The notes below the pieces were generated by a model. The model did not search any database and was not told the DNA's origin. It saw only the letters and a program-made list of their open reading frames with translations. Shown piece by piece: positions 49,941-55,149 of a stretch of 55,149 nt of DNA. Location: the IMG/VR virus record IMGVR_UViG_2531839531_000008; one strand, written 5' to 3'. The stretch's first letter is position 1, and the number at the start of each line of letters is the position of its first letter. Both the position numbers and the translations under genes were made by a program. Origin of the DNA: a virus (taxonomy: Duplodnaviria > Heunggongvirae > Uroviricota > Caudoviricetes).

Positions 49941-52900
49941 GTGAATATGGCAGTAAAGATTTCAGGTGTACTGAAAGACGGCACAGGAAAACCGGTACAG
50001 AACTGCACAATCCAGCTGAAAGCAAAACGTAACAGCACCACGGTGGTGGTGAACACGCTGGCCTCAGAAAATCCGGATGAAGCCGGGCGTTACAGCATGG
50101 ACGTTGAGTACGGTCAGTACAGCGTTATTCTGTTGGTGGAAGGATTCCCGCCGTCACATGCCGGGACCATCACCGTGTATGAAGATTCCCGACCCGGTAC
50201 GCTGAATGATTTTCTCGGTGCCATGACGGAGGATGATGCCCGTCCGGAGGCACTGCGCCGTTTTGAGCTGATGGTGGAAGAGGTGGCGCGTAACGCGTCC
50301 GCGGTGGCACAGAACACGGCAGCCGCGAAGAAGTCAGCCAGCGATGCCGGCACATCAGCCCGTGAGGCGGCAACCCATGCGACTGATGCTGCAGGCTCAG
50401 CACGTGCAGCCAGCACATCAGCCGGGCAGGCCGCGACGTCGGCTCAGTCAGCGTCTTCCAGCGCAGGAACGGCATCAACAAAGGCTACTGAAGCATCAAA
50501 AAGTGCTGCCGCTGCAGAGTCCTCAAAAAGCGCGGCGGCTACCAGTGCCGGTGCGGCGAAAACGTCAGAAACGAATGCCGCAGCGTCACAACAATCAGCA
50601 GCCACTTCTGCATCCACCGCGACCACGAAAGCGTCAGAAGCTGCCACCTCAGCCCGGGATGCGGCGGCCTCAAAAGAGGCAGCGAAATCATCAGAAACGA
50701 ACGCATCCTCGAGCGCCAGTAGTGCCGCTTCCTCGGCAACGGCGGCAGGAAATTCCGCGAAGGCGGCAAAAACGTCCGAGGCGAACGCCAGGTCTTCTGA
50801 GACGGCTGCGGGACAGAGCGCCTCAGCTGCGGCAGGCTCAAAAACAGCGGCTGCGTCGTCTGCCAGTACCGCGTCAACAAGTGCCGGGCAGGCCTCAGCC
50901 AGTGCCACCGCCGCCGGAAAATCGGCAGAAAGTGCCGCATCGTCTGCTTCAACAGCCACAACGAAGGCTGGCGAAGCCACTGAACAGGCCAGCGCAGCAG
51001 CGAGGTCAGCTTCCGCAGCGAAGACATCCGAAACGAACGCGAAAGCGTCGGAAACCAGCGCAGAATCCTCAAAAACGGCTGCCGCATCGTCCGCCAGTTC
51101 GGCGGCGTCATCGGCATCATCTGCGTCTGCTTCAAAAGATGAGGCGACCAGACAGGCGTCAGCAGCGAGGGGCAGCGCCACGACGGCATCCACGAAAGCA
51201 ACAGAGGCGGCAGGCAGTGCGACGGCAGCATCTCAGAGCAAAACTGCTGCTGAATCCGCTGCGACCCGTGCGGAAGCTGCTGCTGATCGTGCTGAAGAGA
51301 TTGCCGGTGCAGTTGCGATGGAAGACGCAAGCCTTACAACTAAAGGTGTTGTGAAACTTAGCAGTGCTGTTGATAGCACCAGTGAATCGCTGGCCGCAAC
51401 GCCAAAAGCAGTTAAAGCAGCCAATGACAATGCGAATAGCAGGGTGCCATCTAACCGAAAAGTTAACGGTAAAGCACTGACTGCGGATATCACTTTAACC
51501 GCCGCGCATGTGGCTGCTTTTGCCAGAAGGGCAACGGATACGTATGCCGATGCGGATGGTGGCGTTCCCTGGAATGCCGAATCAGGCGCTTACAATGTCA
51601 CCCGCTCTGGCGACAGCTATATTCTGGTTAACTTCTATACCGGAGTCGGAAGTTGCCGGACCCTGCAGATGAAGGCGCATTACAGAAATGGTGGTCTGTT
51701 CTACCGTTCTTCAAGAGACGGTTATGGTTTTGAAAGTGGTTGGGAGCAGGTTTACACGACTGGATTTAGACCTCAGCCGGCTGATATAAACGCACCAACC
51801 GCTGCCGCCGGATGGTTAAATAGTGGTAACGGAACAGCATTTACGACTGCTCAGTTTATAACGTGGCTAAATAATCAGGGTGCATTTTCAAACAAATATT
51901 GGATTGCACGGTGCTCATGGGCTTACGCCAACAATAATTATATAGACGACACTGGTTGCGGTAGGATCGATCTATCTGGTTCCGTGATTGAGGTGTTTAG
52001 TAATAAGGCAACAAGCAATTACACTATTCGTGTTACAACGACAACAACATCGGGTCATGGTGGTGTTAATAATGCGGAATTTATTTATGTGTACAATGGA
52101 AGTGGTTATGCACCAGGCTGGCGTCGTTCTTATAACACCAGAAACAAACCAACAGCTTCTGATGTAGGAGCATTACCGCTTTCAGGTGGCACATTATCTG
52201 GGGGGGTAACGTCTTCTGGTGAGATCGTTTCAAAATATGCAAATGGTTTCCGCATTGCTTACGGTAACTATGGGTTCTTTATCCGTAATGACGGCGGCAG
52301 CACATATTTCATGCTAACAGCATCAGGAGATACGTTAGGTTCATGGAACAGTTTGCGACCGATTACAATTAATAATACCAGCGGTGTTGTGTCCATTGGT
52401 AATGGACTAAATGTTACTGGTGGCGTTAATGGTAGTTTGAACGGTAATGCTTCAACAGCTACGAAGTTGCAAACAGCGAGAAACATCAATGGTGTTAAGT
52501 TTGATGGCTCAGGCGATATCAACATTAATACATTGGTATCTCGTGGCCGAGTTACGGCGTTAAGCGGCTCTACTCAAGGCACTGCTGGCATTCAAATGTA
52601 CGAGGCGTACAACAATAGCTACCCGACCATGTATGGCAACGTATTGCACATGAAAGGTGCGAGTGCTGCTGGTGAGGGCGAGTTGCTTATTGGCTGGAGT
52701 GGTACGAGCGGTGCACATGCGCCAGTTTTCATTCGCTCACGAAGAGATAACACAGATGCGGCATGGTCGCCGTGGGCGCAGCTTTACACCTCGGCTCATC
52801 CTCCTGCAGAGTTTTATCCAGTCGGTGCACCAATCCCGTGGCCATCAGATACCGTTCCGTTTGGTTATGCCCTGATGCATGGGCAGACTTTTGACAAATC

Positions 52901-53519
52901 TGCATACCCGAAACTTGCAGCCGCTTATCCGTCAGGCGTGATCCCTGATATGCGTGGCTGGACGATTAAGGGCAAACCTGCCAGTGGTCGAGCCGTATTA
53001 TCTCAGGAACAGGACGGCATTAAATCGCACACCCACAGCGCCAGCGCATCCAGTACGGATTTGGGGACGAAAACCACATCGTCGTTTGATTACGGCACTA
53101 AATCCACGAATAACACCGGGGCGCATACGCACAGTCTGAGTGGCTCTACGGGGTCTGCCGGTGTTCATACTCATGGTAATGGTATTCGTTGGCCAGGAGG
53201 CGGCGGTTCTGCGTTAGCATTTTATGATGGCGGTGGGTTCACTTATGTCCAGAATTCACAGTATCAAGTAAGCCCGGAGACTTCTTCCTATAGATCGTAT
53301 TATCAACGTATTCAGACACAGTCAGCAGGTGCTCATACCCACTCGCTGTCTGGTACTGCAGCAAGTTCTGGCGCACATGCACATACTGTAGGTATTGGTG
53401 CGCATACGCACTCCGTTGCGATTGGTTCACATGGACACACCATCACCGTTAACGCTGCGGGTAACGCGGAAAACACCGTCAAAAACATCGCATTTAACTA
53501 TATTGTGAGGCTTGCATAA
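49941..53519 (+). CDS. stf: side tail fibre protein Stf with Ala/Ser/Thr-rich tandem repeats and GxHxH repeats
   Basis: 1192 aa; long low-complexity repeat tract 50280-51300; C-terminal GAHTHS repeats. Confidence 0.8.
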   Translation: MNMAVKISGVLKDGTGKPVQNCTIQLKAKRNSTTVVVNTLASENPDEAGRYSMDVEYGQYSVILLVEGFPPSHAGTITVYEDSRPGTLNDFLGAMTEDDARPEALRRFELMVEEVARNASAVAQNTAAAKKSASDAGTSAREAATHATDAAGSARAASTSAGQAATSAQSASSSAGTASTKATEASKSAAAAESSKSAAATSAGAAKTSETNAAASQQSAATSASTATTKASEAATSARDAAASKEAAKSSETNASSSASSAASSATAAGNSAKAAKTSEANARSSETAAGQSASAAAGSKTAAASSASTASTSAGQASASATAAGKSAESAASSASTATTKAGEATEQASAAARSASAAKTSETNAKASETSAESSKTAAASSASSAASSASSASASKDEATRQASAARGSATTASTKATEAAGSATAASQSKTAAESAATRAEAAADRAEEIAGAVAMEDASLTTKGVVKLSSAVDSTSESLAATPKAVKAANDNANSRVPSNRKVNGKALTADITLTAAHVAAFARRATDTYADADGGVPWNAESGAYNVTRSGDSYILVNFYTGVGSCRTLQMKAHYRNGGLFYRSSRDGYGFESGWEQVYTTGFRPQPADINAPTAAAGWLNSGNGTAFTTAQFITWLNNQGAFSNKYWIARCSWAYANNNYIDDTGCGRIDLSGSVIEVFSNKATSNYTIRVTTTTTSGHGGVNNAEFIYVYNGSGYAPGWRRSYNTRNKPTASDVGALPLSGGTLSGGVTSSGEIVSKYANGFRIAYGNYGFFIRNDGGSTYFMLTASGDTLGSWNSLRPITINNTSGVVSIGNGLNVTGGVNGSLNGNASTATKLQTARNINGVKFDGSGDININTLVSRGRVTALSGSTQGTAGIQMYEAYNNSYPTMYGNVLHMKGASAAGEGELLIGWSGTSGAHAPVFIRSRRDNTDAAWSPWAQLYTSAHPPAEFYPVGAPIPWPSDTVPFGYALMHGQTFDKSAYPKLAAAYPSGVIPDMRGWTIKGKPASGRAVLSQEQDGIKSHTHSASASSTDLGTKTTSSFDYGTKSTNNTGAHTHSLSGSTGSAGVHTHGNGIRWPGGGGSALAFYDGGGFTYVQNSQYQVSPETSSYRSYYQRIQTQSAGAHTHSLSGTAASSGAHAHTVGIGAHTHSVAIGSHGHTITVNAAGNAENTVKNIAFNYIVRLA

Positions 53520-54103
53520 TGGCATTCAGAATGAGTGAACAAGCACGGACCATAAAAATTTATAATCTGCTGGCCGGAACTAATGAATTTATTGGTGAAG
53601 GTGACGCATATATTCCGCCTCATACAGGTCTGCCAGCAAACAGTACCGATATTGCACCACCAGATATTCCTGCTGGCTTTGTGGCTGTTTTCAACAGTGA
53701 TGAGGCATCGTGGCATCTCGTTGAAGACCATCGGGGTAAAACGGTTTATGACGTAGCTTCCGGCGACGCGTTATTTATTTCTGAACTCGGCTTGTTACCG
53801 GAAAATGTTACCTGGTTATCGCCGGAAGGGGAGTTTCAGAAGTGGAACGGCACAGCCTGGGTGAAGGATACGGAAGCAGAAAAACTGTTCCAGATCCGGG
53901 AGGCGGAAGAAACAAAAAACAACCTGATGCAGGTAGCCAGTGAGCATATTGCGCCGCTTCAGGATGCTGCAGATCTGGAAATTGCAACGGAGGAAGAAAC
54001 CTCATTGCTGGAAGCCTGGAAGAAGTATCGGGTGTTGCTGAACCGTGTTGATACATCAACTGCACCTGATATTGAGTGGCCTACGAACCCTGTCAGGGAG
54101 TAA
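53519..54103 (+). CDS. tfa: tail fibre assembly protein Tfa
   Basis: 194 aa, ATGA-coupled to stf. Confidence 0.75.
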   Translation: MAFRMSEQARTIKIYNLLAGTNEFIGEGDAYIPPHTGLPANSTDIAPPDIPAGFVAVFNSDEASWHLVEDHRGKTVYDVASGDALFISELGLLPENVTWLSPEGEFQKWNGTAWVKDTEAEKLFQIREAEETKNNLMQVASEHIAPLQDAADLEIATEEETSLLEAWKKYRVLLNRVDTSTAPDIEWPTNPVRE

Positions 54104-54116
54104 TCATTGGGGTTAT

Positions 54117-54166
54117 GCCGCAGCACGTCTTAAGCAAAAACGTGCTGCGGTTGGATGCTATTTTTT
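54117..54166. terminator. bidirectional terminator between tfa and convergent methyltransferase gene
   Basis: 10-bp perfect stem ccgcagcacg/cgtgctgcgg, T-run on plus strand, A-run before stem. Confidence 0.6.
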
Positions 54167-54826
54167 CCCTGAAGCGGAAAACATTACTACAGTACCTTGA
54201 ACCTTGGTTTTAACATTCTCGAAATGCTCTGAGAGTATATGTGTTAAGCCTTCTTCGGAATCTTTTGTGTTTGAAAAGATGCCTTTCTGATTGTAAATGC
54301 GCATCAGTTTTTGACCGAAGCTATTGTGCACAACTCCATCGCCAAGAATTGTGGCTCCGTATAGAGTTCCATCGTCAGTTAAGGCCTGCGCCGCATTGCG
54401 TATTACACAGCTTTTTGTAGATATATTTCCAGGCAGGCAGTGAAGAAGGTAAAACATGGAAATGGAATCAAATTGACCATGTAACGCCGCGGGATAAGGT
54501 TCAAAAACATCATGGCTAATTTTATGTTTAATTTTTGATTCCCCAGCCCTTGTAGATGCCGCGTTCAGGCTAGCTTCGTTCAAATCCATTAAAGATATCA
54601 GACTACTCTCAGGTACGTGAGTAAGGTAAAACCCAGTTCCAACACCAATATCCAGATGGTTGTTACCTAAATGTTCCAGAAAGTGTGGAAGAAGGTGTTC
54701 CTTTGTAGGACATCCCCATGCAAGCCGATTTGATACTCCCAAAACCCACCAGTCATAAAGCTTTAGGGTAAGTGGTGTGTAAATTTTAGCCCCATCATCT
54801 GTGTTTTTTTTCATTGATTTCACCAT
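54158..54826 (-). CDS. class I SAM-dependent methyltransferase, moron (resembles e14 YmfD as recalled)
   Basis: 222 aa; motif I DIGVGTGF; AT-rich; convergent to tail fibre genes. Confidence 0.6.
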   Translation of the reverse strand: MVKSMKKNTDDGAKIYTPLTLKLYDWWVLGVSNRLAWGCPTKEHLLPHFLEHLGNNHLDIGVGTGFYLTHVPESSLISLMDLNEASLNAASTRAGESKIKHKISHDVFEPYPAALHGQFDSISMFYLLHCLPGNISTKSCVIRNAAQALTDDGTLYGATILGDGVVHNSFGQKLMRIYNQKGIFSNTKDSEEGLTHILSEHFENVKTKVQGTVVMFSASGKK

Positions 54827-54882
54827 GTTATAGTTTTATTTGTGAATTAAATCAATTATGGCGATGAATTACAAGGGGTTAA

Positions 54883-55149
54883 ATGCTGCCGCAGCATAGC
54901 GATATTGAAATAGCCTGGTATGCTTCGATACAGCAGGAGCCGAATGGCTGGAAGACCGTCACCACACAGTTCTACATCCAGGAATTCAGTGAGTATATTG
55001 CGCCACTGCAGGATGCTGTAGATCTGGAAATCGCAACGGAGGAAGAAAGATCGTTGCTGGAGGCATGGAATAAATATCGGGTATTGTTGAATCGTGTTGA
55101 TACATCAACTGCACCTGATATTGAGTGGCCGACTTCACCTGCAGAGTAA
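54883..55149 (+). CDS. short Tfa-like protein sharing only the C-terminal 45 aa with tfa
   Basis: 88-aa ORF ending in TAA at window edge; C-terminus [43 protein letters not shown] shared with 53519-54103. Confidence 0.5.
   Translation: MLPQHSDIEIAWYASIQQEPNGWKTVTTQFYIQEFSEYIAPLQDAVDLEIATEEERSLLEAWNKYRVLLNRVDTSTAPDIEWPTSPAE

Noticed and set aside
50344-51354. Several long ORFs on both strands within the stf repeat tract (50344-51354 +, 50444-51193 -, 50539-51330 -)
   Set aside because: Artefacts of the low-complexity repeat DNA; the stf frame is the only one continuous with flanking tail-fibre sequence.

Overview
The window is almost entirely one lambdoid prophage of E. coli type, a Rac/Qin-like mosaic, read from its int end. 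Left to right: int-xis, a RecE-like exonuclease, an immunity region (cI repressor, cro-like, YdaT-like cII analog), an O-like replication gene with internal iterons, nin-type genes, an AT-rich accessory cassette, hok-rem-DUF968-rusA-Q, a DNA methylase, three tRNAs, the lysis cassette, cosN, terS, terL, then lambda-order head and tail genes through J, lom, stf, tfa and a methyltransferase moron. The main finding is that terL is split in two by a 10.6 kb P4/PICI-like satellite (21713-32324) flanked by a 13-bp direct repeat. The satellite carries its own integrase, AlpA, BRO-N protein, primase-helicase, iteron origin, SSB-like gene, two cosN copies, a terS homolog and a protease-capsid homolog. 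A second candidate is an AT-rich cassette (10153-12104) next to the hok locus that looks like an uncharacterised defence or abortive-infection module. All calls rest on reading the ORF translations and DNA by eye; no searches or computations were run.
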